A stretch of DNA of 64,000 nt from an uncultured Verrucomicrobiota bacterium. Lineage in GTDB: Bacteria; Verrucomicrobiota; Verrucomicrobiia; Limisphaerales; VHCN01. Made by a program: the position numbers and the translations under genes. Of this stretch, positions 47,630 to 56,288 are shown one piece after another. How positions within the stretch are numbered: the first letter of the stretch is position 1; each line of letters opens with the position of its first letter. The DNA is taken from positions 48,596 through 112,595 of the forward strand of contig CAZPVD010000008.1 in NCBI GenBank assembly GCA_964589935.1, read 5' to 3'. The notes beneath the pieces are model-generated. The model was given only the letters and a program-made list of their open reading frames with translations, had not been told where the DNA came from and did no database searches.

Positions 47630-48976
47630 TCACACGAGTTCTTTCATCACTTCATGCTCATAATCCACCAACGGATGCGGACGACCGGCGAAATCCGTGA
47701 ACTGCGTCGCGTGCGGGTCAATGCCGAGCCGCTGATACAGCGTCGCGAAGACTTCGCCGAAGTGGACGCCGCGTTCTGCGATCTCGCCGCCGAGCCGGTC
47801 GGTCGCGCCGATCACCTGCCCCGTGCGCAAGCCGCCGCCCGCAAGCAAACCGCAGCCGACGCGCGGCCAGTGGTCGCGGCCCGCATCTTTGTTAATAGTG
47901 GGCGTGCGGCCAAATTCGCCCCACGCGACGACGGAGACATCCTTGTCCAGCCCGCGCGCGTGCAAGTCCTCGACCAGCGCCGAGACGCCCTGATCGAAGT
48001 AAGGCAGATGCGTGTCGCGCGCCTCGCTGAAGTTGTTCGAGTGAAAATCCCAGCGGCCAAAATTCAATGTCACGACACGCGCGCCCGCTTCAACGAGACG
48101 ACGGGCCATGAGAAAGTGTTCGAGGTTGCGCGGAGCGCCGTCGCCGTAATTTTGCGTGAAGCCCTTGCCGTAACGCTCGCGGACTTTCGGGTCTTCCTTC
48201 GAGATGTCGAGCGCGGCAGCGAGACGACTTGAAGTCAACATGCCAAGGGCGCGTTGCTGGAAAGCATCCATGCCCTCGATGACGCCGCTCGTGTCCACAT
48301 CGCGACGGAACTTGTCGAAGCTCGCGAGGAGCTTCTTGCGGTCGTCGAGACGGTCGAGCGTGACGCCGTTGAGCGTGAGGTCGTCCATCGTTTCGCCGGA
48401 CGGACGGAAGGCAGAGTGCGGCACGCCGAGAAAACCCGGCAGGCCCGGCGAGCCATACGGCGGATGCCCCGCGCGTGGCGCGAGTCCGACAAACGGCGGG
48501 ATGGCTTCGGCAGTCGGGCCTTTCAATTTCGACATCACGGAACCGAGTGACGGCCAGCCGCCGGGAGGCTGGTTGCGCTTGCTGCGGCCGGTGTAACAAA
48601 TGAACGAATCGTGATCGCCGTCGGGCGAGCCATAGACCGTGCGGATGGGCACGAGCTTGTCCATGATGCGCGCGAGCCGCGGCAGATGTTCGCAGATGCG
48701 GATGCCGGGAACGTTCGTCGGGATTTCCTTAAACTCGCCGCGAATTTCCGACGGTGCGTCCACCTTGATGTCATACATGTCCTGGTGCGGCGGCGCGCCG
48801 ACGAGGTAGATCATGATGACGGCCTTGTGCGAATTGCGGATGCCCGCCTTTGCTTCCGCTTCGAGCAACTGCGGCAGCGCAAGCCCGCCCATGCCCAGCG
48901 CGCCAACCTTCAGGAACTCGCGACGTGAAACGCCGTCGCAAAGCTTCGCTGAATTTTTTCCGTAAATGGTCAGCAT
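47630..48976 (-). CDS. DUF1501-family protein, Tat-type signal (copy 4)
   Basis: [37 protein letters not shown]. Confidence 0.9.
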   Translation of the reverse strand: MLTIYGKNSAKLCDGVSRREFLKVGALGMGGLALPQLLEAEAKAGIRNSHKAVIMIYLVGAPPHQDMYDIKVDAPSEIRGEFKEIPTNVPGIRICEHLPRLARIMDKLVPIRTVYGSPDGDHDSFICYTGRSKRNQPPGGWPSLGSVMSKLKGPTAEAIPPFVGLAPRAGHPPYGSPGLPGFLGVPHSAFRPSGETMDDLTLNGVTLDRLDDRKKLLASFDKFRRDVDTSGVIEGMDAFQQRALGMLTSSRLAAALDISKEDPKVRERYGKGFTQNYGDGAPRNLEHFLMARRLVEAGARVVTLNFGRWDFHSNNFSEARDTHLPYFDQGVSALVEDLHARGLDKDVSVVAWGEFGRTPTINKDAGRDHWPRVGCGLLAGGGLRTGQVIGATDRLGGEIAERGVHFGEVFATLYQRLGIDPHATQFTDFAGRPHPLVDYEHEVMKELV

Positions 48977-48978
48977 GA

Positions 48979-50313
48979 CTAAATGAGTTCGGGCATCGGC
49001 TGCAAATTGTCCGGCACGAGATACTGCGGGCGGCCGGAGAGGTCGTTGATCTTCACATCGTTCACGTCAATGCCGAGGTTGTGATACATCGTGGCGAAGA
49101 CTTCGCCGAAGCGCACCGGCCGCTCGACCGGCTCGGCGGCCTGCCGGTCGGTCGCACCGATGATCTGGCCGACGCGCATCCCGCCGCCGGAGAGCAGCGC
49201 GCACGATGCCTTGGGCCAATGATCACGTCCGGCGTCTTTGTTGATCTTCGGTGTGCGACCAAACTCACCCCACACAACGACAGTCACATCCTTGTCCAAG
49301 CCGCGGTCGTAAAGGTCCTCGACGAGCGCGCTCACGCCCTGGTCGAGCATCGGCAATTCCCGCCGCGCGTTGCGGAAATTCTGTCCGTGATAATCCCAAA
49401 ATCCAAACGCCACCGTCACCGCGCGGGCGCCGGCCTCGACGAGCCTTCGCGCAAGGATGAACTGCTCCATCATCATCGGCGCGGCGTCACCGTGCGGCTT
49501 GGGGTCGCCCTTGCCGTAACGTTCGCGAGTCTTCGCGCTTTCCTTGTCGAGGTTGAGCGCGTCCGCGAGGCCGCTCGACGTGAGCACGCCAAACGCCTGC
49601 TGCGTATAAGTGTCGAGTCCTTCCATCTGCCCGCTCGCGTCCACGTCGCGGCGAAATCTGTCGAAACTCGCAAGCAGTCCCTTGCGGTCGGCGAGACGGT
49701 CGAGCGAGATGTCGTTGAGCACCATGTCGGCCTTGCCATCGCCTTGCGGTTTGAAGCTCGCGTGCGAGGGACCGAGGTAGCCGCTTGTCGCCGCGTTGTA
49801 AGGCCGGTGCTGCATGCGCGGCTCAAGGCCGACGAACGACGGCACGCCGGGATCGGCGACGCCCTGCACTTTTGAAATCACCGCGCCAAACGACGGCCAT
49901 CCGCCGGGCGGCTGGTTCTGCTTCGTGCGGCCGGTGAGGCACATGTAATCCGTGTGGTCGTCGCGCGCGTCGGCGATGGAGCGGATGACCGCGAGCTTGT
50001 CCGCGCAGCGCGAGAGCCGCGGAAGCAGTTCACAAAATTGAACGCCGGGAACATTCGTTGAAATCGGCTGGAATTCGCCGCGGATTTCGCCCGGCGCATC
50101 TGGCTTGAGATCGAAGGTATCCTGATGCGGCGGGCCGCCGGGCAGGTAGATCATGATGACGGCCTTGTGCGATTTGCGCAGGCCGGAGGCGTTTTCTGCC
50201 TGAAGAATCTGCGGCAGCGCGAGGCCGCCCATGCCGAGCGCGCCAATGCGCAGGAAGTTGCGGCGGCTGACGCCGTCGCAAAACCGGTTCTTTCTTCCGT
50301 AGATGCTCAGCAT
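48979..50313 (-). CDS. DUF1501-family protein, Tat-type signal (copy 3)
   Basis: [39 protein letters not shown]; ATG at 50313. Confidence 0.9.
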   Translation of the reverse strand: MLSIYGRKNRFCDGVSRRNFLRIGALGMGGLALPQILQAENASGLRKSHKAVIMIYLPGGPPHQDTFDLKPDAPGEIRGEFQPISTNVPGVQFCELLPRLSRCADKLAVIRSIADARDDHTDYMCLTGRTKQNQPPGGWPSFGAVISKVQGVADPGVPSFVGLEPRMQHRPYNAATSGYLGPSHASFKPQGDGKADMVLNDISLDRLADRKGLLASFDRFRRDVDASGQMEGLDTYTQQAFGVLTSSGLADALNLDKESAKTRERYGKGDPKPHGDAAPMMMEQFILARRLVEAGARAVTVAFGFWDYHGQNFRNARRELPMLDQGVSALVEDLYDRGLDKDVTVVVWGEFGRTPKINKDAGRDHWPKASCALLSGGGMRVGQIIGATDRQAAEPVERPVRFGEVFATMYHNLGIDVNDVKINDLSGRPQYLVPDNLQPMPELI

Positions 50314-50315
50314 GT

Positions 50316-51650
50316 TCAGATGACTTCGCGGATGGGTTCCCATCCGTCCACGAGATACTGCGGCCGGCCGGAAAGGTCGGGCAGCGTGGTCTTGTTCGCG
50401 TCAATGCCAACGCGGTTGTAAAGGGTGGCGAAGACTTCTCCGAAATGCACCGGGCGCTCGTTGGCTTCGCCGCCGAGGTGGTCCGTCGCGCCGATGACTT
50501 GGCCGGTCCTCATGCCGCCGCCGGCGAGCACCGCGCAAGAGACGCGCGGCCAATGGTCGCGTCCGGCGTTCTTGTTGATGATGGGCGTGCGGCCAAACTC
50601 GCCCCACAGCACGACGGAAACATCCTTGTCCAAACCGCGCTGGTAAATGTCCTCGATAAGCGCGCTGAATCCCTGATCCAGCAACGGCAAGTCCTGACGC
50701 AGCGCGTCGAAGTTTTTCCCGTGATGATCCCAGCGGCTGAACGCGAGCGTCACGCAGCGCGCGCCCGCTTCGACGAGACGCCGCGCGATGAGCATGTGTT
50801 CCATGAGCTTCGGGCCGCCGTCATCGCGGTTCTTCGGGTCGCCCTTGCCGTAGCGCGCGCGGACCTTCGGGTCTTCCTTCTCGATGTCGAGCGCGTCAGC
50901 GACCTTGCTCGATGTGAGGATGCCGAAGGCCTGTTGCGTGAAGGCGTCGAGGCCGTCCATCAGCCCGCTCTGGTCCACGTCGCGGCGGAATTTGTCGAAG
51001 GAGCCAAGCAGCGCGCGGCGGTCTTCGAGACGGTCGAGGGTGATGTCGTTGAGCACCATGTCGTCCTTGCCGCGGCCCGACGGCTTGAACGGCGCGTGAC
51101 CAACACCGAGGAAACCGGGCGTGCCCGCGTCGGCCCAACGCATCTCGCCCATGCGCGGCGCGAGACCGAAGAACGGCGGCACGTCGCGGCTCGTCGGCCC
51201 TTGCAGCTTGGAGAGGACGGAGCCGAGGGAGGGCCAGCCGCCGGGCGGCTGGTTGCGCGCAATGCGGCCGGTCTGGCATTGGAAGGCGTTGTGGTCGTCA
51301 ATCGCGCCCACGAGCGAGCGGATGAGGACGAGCTTGTCCATCACCTTCGCCGTGAGCGGAAGGTGTTCGCAAATCTGGATGCCGGGGACATTTGTCGGGA
51401 TCGGCTGGAACTCGCCGCGGATTTCCTTGGGCGCGTCGAGCTTCAAATCAAACATGTCCTGATGCGCCGGGCCGCCGGGCAGGAAGATGTTGATGATGGC
51501 CTTGTGCGAATGGCGGACGCCGGCCTGCGCCTCGGCTGCGAGCAGTTGCGGCAGCGCGACGCCGCCCATGCCGAGCGCGCCGATGCGGAGGAAGTTGCGG
51601 CGGCTTACGCCGTCACAAAAACGATTCTTGCTGCCGTAGATTGTCAGCAT
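50316..51650 (-). CDS. DUF1501-family protein, Tat-type signal (copy 2)
   Basis: [39 protein letters not shown]. Confidence 0.9.
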   Translation of the reverse strand: MLTIYGSKNRFCDGVSRRNFLRIGALGMGGVALPQLLAAEAQAGVRHSHKAIINIFLPGGPAHQDMFDLKLDAPKEIRGEFQPIPTNVPGIQICEHLPLTAKVMDKLVLIRSLVGAIDDHNAFQCQTGRIARNQPPGGWPSLGSVLSKLQGPTSRDVPPFFGLAPRMGEMRWADAGTPGFLGVGHAPFKPSGRGKDDMVLNDITLDRLEDRRALLGSFDKFRRDVDQSGLMDGLDAFTQQAFGILTSSKVADALDIEKEDPKVRARYGKGDPKNRDDGGPKLMEHMLIARRLVEAGARCVTLAFSRWDHHGKNFDALRQDLPLLDQGFSALIEDIYQRGLDKDVSVVLWGEFGRTPIINKNAGRDHWPRVSCAVLAGGGMRTGQVIGATDHLGGEANERPVHFGEVFATLYNRVGIDANKTTLPDLSGRPQYLVDGWEPIREVI

Positions 51651-51686
51651 GGACTTTAATTCTCGCCGTCAAACGCGACCCGCAAC

Positions 51687-51704
51687 GGCAGCCGAAGGGC
51701 TGCC
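51687..51704. other. Intergenic stem-loop between DUF1501 copies 1 and 2
   Basis: GGCAGCC-GAAG-GGCTGCC perfect 7-bp stem. Confidence 0.45.
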
Positions 51705-51737
51705 CGATGAGCGCCGGGACCTTGCCCCGGCTTCCGT

Positions 51738-53078
51738 TCAGACCAGCTCCCGCATCGGGTCGCAGTCAGGATCAACCAAGTGCTGCGGGCGCCCGCTGAG
51801 GTCGTTGATGTAGTGCTTGTGAACGTCAATGCCGAGGTTGTGATACAACGTCGCGAAGACTTCGCCGTATTTCACGGGCCGATCCACCGCCTCGCCGGCG
51901 ATGCGGTCGGTCGCGCCGATGACCTGACCGAGTTTCATCCCGCCGCCGGAGAGCAGCGCGAAGGAGACGTTCGGCCAGTGATCGCGCCCGCCGGAGTTGT
52001 TAATCTTCGGCGTGCGGCCAAATTCGCCCCAAACGACAACAGAGACATCCTTGTCCAGACCGCGCTGGTAGATGTCCTCGATGAGCGCACTGAGGCCTTG
52101 ATCGAGCAGCGGCAAATCCTGACGCAGTGCGCCGAAGTTATCGCCGTGATGATCCCAGCGGCTGAACGCCAGCGTCACGCAGCGCGCGCCCGCTTCGACG
52201 AGACGCCGCGCGGCAAGGAAGTGCTCCATCAGTTTCGGCCCGCCGTCGTCGCGATTCTTTGGGTCGCCTTTTCCGTAACGGTCGCGGTTCTTCGGGTCTT
52301 CCTTCGATATGTCGAGCGCCTCGAGAAGTTTGCTGGAAGTCAAAACACCAAACGCCTGCTCGTTGAACGTATCGAGTCCTTCCATCAACCGGCTTGAATC
52401 CACGTCACGGCGGAATTTGTCGAAGCCCGCCAGCAGCGCCTTGCGGTCGGCGAGACGGTCGAGCGTGACGCCGTTGAGCACCATGTCTTCCATGCCGCCG
52501 CCCTTGTTCGGCTGGAACGGCGAGTGCGCTGGACCGAGGAAGCCGGGCACGCCGTTGTCGGACCACGGTGTGTGGCCCATCTTCGGCGCAAGTCCGATGA
52601 ACGGCACCATGTCGCGCGAGGTCGAGCCTTCGAGTTTTGAAACAATTGAGCCGAGACACGGCCAGCCGCCGGGCGGCTGGTTGCGCGGCGAACGGCCCGT
52701 GAGGCACTGGAAGGCATCATGCCCGCCCGTCGAGCCGACCATCGAGCGGATGACCGCGCACTTGTCCATCAGCTTCGCCATGCGCGGCAGATGCTCGCAA
52801 ATCTGGATGCCGTCCACGTTCGTCGCGATGGGATTGAACTGGCCGCGAAACTCGGCGGGCGCATCGGGCTTGAGGTCGAACATGTCCTGATGCGACGGAC
52901 CGCCCGGCAGGAAAACCATGATGACGGCCTTGTGGCCGAGCCGCACGCCGGATTGCGATTCCGCGCGAAGCAACTGCGGCAACGCAAGCCCGCCCATGCC
53001 GAGCGCGCCAATCTTGAGAAAGTTGCGTCGCGACACGCCATCGCAGAAACGCTGTTTGGGTCCGAGGATCGTCAGCAT
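51738..53078 (-). CDS. DUF1501-family protein, Tat-type signal (copy 1, first in cluster)
   Basis: [39 protein letters not shown]. Confidence 0.9.
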   Translation of the reverse strand: MLTILGPKQRFCDGVSRRNFLKIGALGMGGLALPQLLRAESQSGVRLGHKAVIMVFLPGGPSHQDMFDLKPDAPAEFRGQFNPIATNVDGIQICEHLPRMAKLMDKCAVIRSMVGSTGGHDAFQCLTGRSPRNQPPGGWPCLGSIVSKLEGSTSRDMVPFIGLAPKMGHTPWSDNGVPGFLGPAHSPFQPNKGGGMEDMVLNGVTLDRLADRKALLAGFDKFRRDVDSSRLMEGLDTFNEQAFGVLTSSKLLEALDISKEDPKNRDRYGKGDPKNRDDGGPKLMEHFLAARRLVEAGARCVTLAFSRWDHHGDNFGALRQDLPLLDQGLSALIEDIYQRGLDKDVSVVVWGEFGRTPKINNSGGRDHWPNVSFALLSGGGMKLGQVIGATDRIAGEAVDRPVKYGEVFATLYHNLGIDVHKHYINDLSGRPQHLVDPDCDPMRELV

Positions 53079-53278
53079 AAGCCGGAGTGCTGGATGTCTT
53101 GCAAATCTATCACTGGTTGACGCGCGAACCGCAAGCCGAATTTAACGAAAACGGGAAAATATTTTGCCACGCCCCAGATTTATCACCCTGACGCGCAACG
53201 CCATTGCGCGATGAATTTCACCTTTTCCGGATTTCAAGCTTGCGTTTTCCGCGACTGCTCCAAAGATTTCCCGCCTTT

Positions 53279-54055
53279 ATGAATCAGGAACAAGCCGCAC
53301 CGCCGCAGACATCCACGCTGCTCGATTTCCTCGCGTGGGTCGAGGTGAACAAGAAACGCCTCCTCTACGGCGCGGGCGGCGTGCTCGTGCTCGGCCTAGG
53401 CATCTACACCTACCAGCACATCCACGAACAGGCCGAGGCCCGCGCGAGCGCGGCGCTGCTTGCACTCACCCAGCCCGGCGAATCGGGCGCGGCGGTCAAG
53501 CCCGACGCGGACAAACTCCTGCGAGTGGCCGGCGATTTCTCCGGCACCGCCGCGGGACGCCGCGCACTGCTGCTCGGCGCCAAGGAACTGTTCACCGAGA
53601 AAAAATTTGACGCGGCGCGCGCGCGCTTCGAGCAGTTTCTCGCGGAAAACCCCGAGGCTCCCGGCGCTCCCACAGCCGCGCTCGGCGTCGCCGCGTGCCT
53701 CGATGCCGCGAACCAACTCGACCCCGCCATCTCCGCCTACCAACGCGTCACCGGCGCGTATCCGACTTCGCCCGAGGCCGTGCAGGCGCAGCTCGCGACG
53801 GCATTGCTTTACGAGGCGAAGAACCAATCCGACCAGGCGCTGAAAATTTACGACGAAATTCTTCGCGCGCGCCGGCAGAGCGTTTGGAGTTCGGAAGCCA
53901 ACATGCGCCGCGATCTTCTCCTCTCGAAAAATCCGCAGCTCTCGCCGACGAACATCATCGTGCAGCCCAAGCCCGCGCTCACGCCACCAGCGGTCAGCAA
54001 CGCGGTGAAGGTTCCTCTTCCGGTTTCACCCGCAACTTCAACAAACAAGAAGTAA
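53279..54055 (+). CDS. Membrane-anchored TPR protein (YfgM-like)
   Basis: Single N-terminal TM helix (LLYGAGGVLVLGLGIY), then TPR-like helices; ATG at 53279. Confidence 0.75.
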   Translation: MNQEQAAPPQTSTLLDFLAWVEVNKKRLLYGAGGVLVLGLGIYTYQHIHEQAEARASAALLALTQPGESGAAVKPDADKLLRVAGDFSGTAAGRRALLLGAKELFTEKKFDAARARFEQFLAENPEAPGAPTAALGVAACLDAANQLDPAISAYQRVTGAYPTSPEAVQAQLATALLYEAKNQSDQALKIYDEILRARRQSVWSSEANMRRDLLLSKNPQLSPTNIIVQPKPALTPPAVSNAVKVPLPVSPATSTNKK

Positions 54056-54085
54056 CAACACCACGGGGAAACGCGCCGGGCCAAA

Positions 54086-54113
54086 CGCACCTCGCACTTC
54101 ACACCTCGCACTT
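54086..54113 (+). repeat. Heptamer tandem repeat x4 (CGCACCT CGCACTT CACACCT CGCACTT)
   Basis: Clear 7-bp periodicity ending 6 nt before the ugd ATG. Confidence 0.7.
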
Positions 54114-54119
54114 TTCCTC

Positions 54120-55418
54120 ATGAAGCTCTGCATCATCGGCACCGGTTACGTCGGCCTCGTCACCGGCACCTGCTTCGCCGAGGTCGGTCATCACGTCACC
54201 TGCGTGGACAATGACGTGAACAAGGTGAAGACGCTCCAGGCCGGCGGCATCCCGATCTACGAGCCGGGCCTCGATGAAATGGTGAAGAAGAACACCGCCG
54301 CGGGCCGGTTGCGCTTCACCGCGAGCACCGCGGAGGGCGTGCAGAATTCCGACGTGATCTTCATCGCCGTGCCCACGCCGCCGCAGCCGGACGGCTCCGT
54401 GGATTTGAGCTTCATCGAAAAGGTCGCGCGCGAAATCGCCGCCGCGATGACCGATTACAAGATCGTCGTGGACAAGTCCACCGTGCCAGTGAAGACCGGC
54501 GAGAAGGTCGCCGAAACCATCAAGCGTTACTGCAAGGCGAAGGTCGAGTTCGACGTGGTGAGCAATCCAGAATTTTTGCGCGAAGGCTTCGCCGTCGAAG
54601 ACTTGATGAAGCCTGACCGCATCGTCATCGGCGTCGCGAGCCAGCGCCCCGCGCAGGTCATGAAGGATGTTTACGCGCCTTTCAACGCGCCGATCATCGT
54701 CACGGACATCAACTCCGCCGAACTCATCAAGCACGCGAGTAATTCCTTCCTCGCGCTGAAAATTTCCTACATCAACGCCGTCGCGAACATCTGCGAGGCC
54801 AGCGGCGCGAACGTCGAGGAGGTCGCCAACGGCATGGGCATGGACGCGCGCATCGGCCGGCGCTTTCTCAACGCGGGCCTCGGCTTCGGCGGCTCGTGTT
54901 TCCCGAAGGATTTGAGCGCCTTCATCAAGATCGCTGAACAGCTCGGCTGCGACTTCCGCCTGCTCAAGGAAGTCCAGCGCATCAACGCGGAGCAGATGGA
55001 GCGCTTCATCAAAAAAATCACCGACACGCTCTGGGTGCTCAAGGACAAGAAGCTCGGCGTGCTCGGCCTTGCCTTCAAGCAGAACACCGACGACGTGCGC
55101 ATGTCGCCCGCCATCGAGCTGTGCCAACGTCTCGTGAGGGAAGGCGCCGCGCTGCGGGTCTTCGATCCCAAGGCAATGGAGAAGGCCAAGTCGCTCCTCC
55201 CCGAGGGCAAGTCCGTCACGTATGTCGCGGACATGAACGCCGTGACCGAAGGCTGCGACGCGCTCGTGATCGCGACCGAGTGGCCGGACTTCAAGCAGCT
55301 CGACCTCGACCGCGCGCGCAAGGGCCTCTCACATCCCATCATGTTTGACGGCCGCAACCTCTTCGATCCCGCCGCGATGGAAAAGGCCGGGTGGATTTAC
55401 AAGAGCGTTGGGCGATAG
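54120..55418 (+). CDS. ugd: UDP-glucose 6-dehydrogenase
   Basis: IIGTGYVGL, FIAVPTP, SNPEFLREG, GFGGSCFPKD, LAFKQNTDDVR, FDGRN. Confidence 0.95.
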   Translation: MKLCIIGTGYVGLVTGTCFAEVGHHVTCVDNDVNKVKTLQAGGIPIYEPGLDEMVKKNTAAGRLRFTASTAEGVQNSDVIFIAVPTPPQPDGSVDLSFIEKVAREIAAAMTDYKIVVDKSTVPVKTGEKVAETIKRYCKAKVEFDVVSNPEFLREGFAVEDLMKPDRIVIGVASQRPAQVMKDVYAPFNAPIIVTDINSAELIKHASNSFLALKISYINAVANICEASGANVEEVANGMGMDARIGRRFLNAGLGFGGSCFPKDLSAFIKIAEQLGCDFRLLKEVQRINAEQMERFIKKITDTLWVLKDKKLGVLGLAFKQNTDDVRMSPAIELCQRLVREGAALRVFDPKAMEKAKSLLPEGKSVTYVADMNAVTEGCDALVIATEWPDFKQLDLDRARKGLSHPIMFDGRNLFDPAAMEKAGWIYKSVGR

Positions 55419-55471
55419 ATCCGCTCAATGCGCTCGTTTGAAGAAGCGTCACGCCGTTGAATTGAACTAAC

Positions 55472-55834
55472 ATGCGCAGGCGACAGATCTACGTTGCGTT
55501 GGTGTTCGTCGCTGTTGGTGCGTTAATCATTTTTTCGCGCCAGCTCTACGTCTGCATCGTTTTCCTGCTCGGCTTGGCTTTGGCATTCTGCTCGATTCAC
55601 TGTCTGCTGCGAGTCTTCCGACCTAATCCCACTCAAATGAAAGGCTTCGGACGATCAGGTTCTTTGGCTGAATCTGTGGTCTTCGGCGTGCTGTGGGGAT
55701 GTGGCGCCGCTTACCTTTTCGCAAAAGTTTTTGGGGCCAACAAACCAACTACTTCGTTTCTATTCGCAGCGGTAATAACTTTGATCGTGCTCGTGTCTAT
55801 CGGGCAGTGGTGGGAGACGCGAAAGCGGAAGTGA
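55472..55834 (+). CDS. Small multi-TM hypothetical protein, atypically low GC
   Basis: 120 aa, four hydrophobic segments; uses TTA/CTA/ATA codons that are rare in neighbours. Confidence 0.6.
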   Translation: MRRRQIYVALVFVAVGALIIFSRQLYVCIVFLLGLALAFCSIHCLLRVFRPNPTQMKGFGRSGSLAESVVFGVLWGCGAAYLFAKVFGANKPTTSFLFAAVITLIVLVSIGQWWETRKRK

Positions 55835-55843
55835 CACTCACCC

Positions 55844-56251
55844 ATGAGAGCCGTTGAAGTAGCTGCTGGTCTTCTATTCGACGACGGCAAACTCCTCATC
55901 ACGCAGCGGCGTCCGCAGGATCACCTCGGCGGCTTGTGGGAATTTCCCGGCGGCAAGCGCGAGCCAAACGAAACCTTCGAGGAATGCCTCGTCCGCGAAC
56001 TGCGCGAGGAACTCGGCATCGAGGCGCGCATCGGCGAACTTGTTGAAACCATCACACACGCCTACCCGGAGAAAACGGTTCACCTCCGCTTCTTTCGCTG
56101 CGCGCTGAAGGCAGAAAGCACCGAGCCGCGCCCGCAGCATTGCCACGCGCTCGCGTGGGTCAGTGCGGATGAACTCGACCGCTACGACTTCCCCGCCGCC
56201 GACGCGCAGTTGCTCGCGCACCTCAAGTCCACGCCTGTGCTCTGGCGGTGA
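55844..56251 (+). CDS. mutT: 8-oxo-dGTP diphosphatase (Nudix)
   Basis: GLWEFPGGKREPNETFEECLVRELREELGI Nudix box; YDFPAAD. Confidence 0.9.
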   Translation: MRAVEVAAGLLFDDGKLLITQRRPQDHLGGLWEFPGGKREPNETFEECLVRELREELGIEARIGELVETITHAYPEKTVHLRFFRCALKAESTEPRPQHCHALAWVSADELDRYDFPAADAQLLAHLKSTPVLWR

Positions 56252-56288
56252 AGCTGCTGCTCTCTCGCCGCGTCGAAACTCGCACATC

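Noticed and set aside
55419-55471. Integron attC site or gene cassette around the low-GC ORF
   Set aside because: A GTTGAAT core-like 7-mer is present, but there is no matching RYYYAAC with a paired stem on either side and no integrase.
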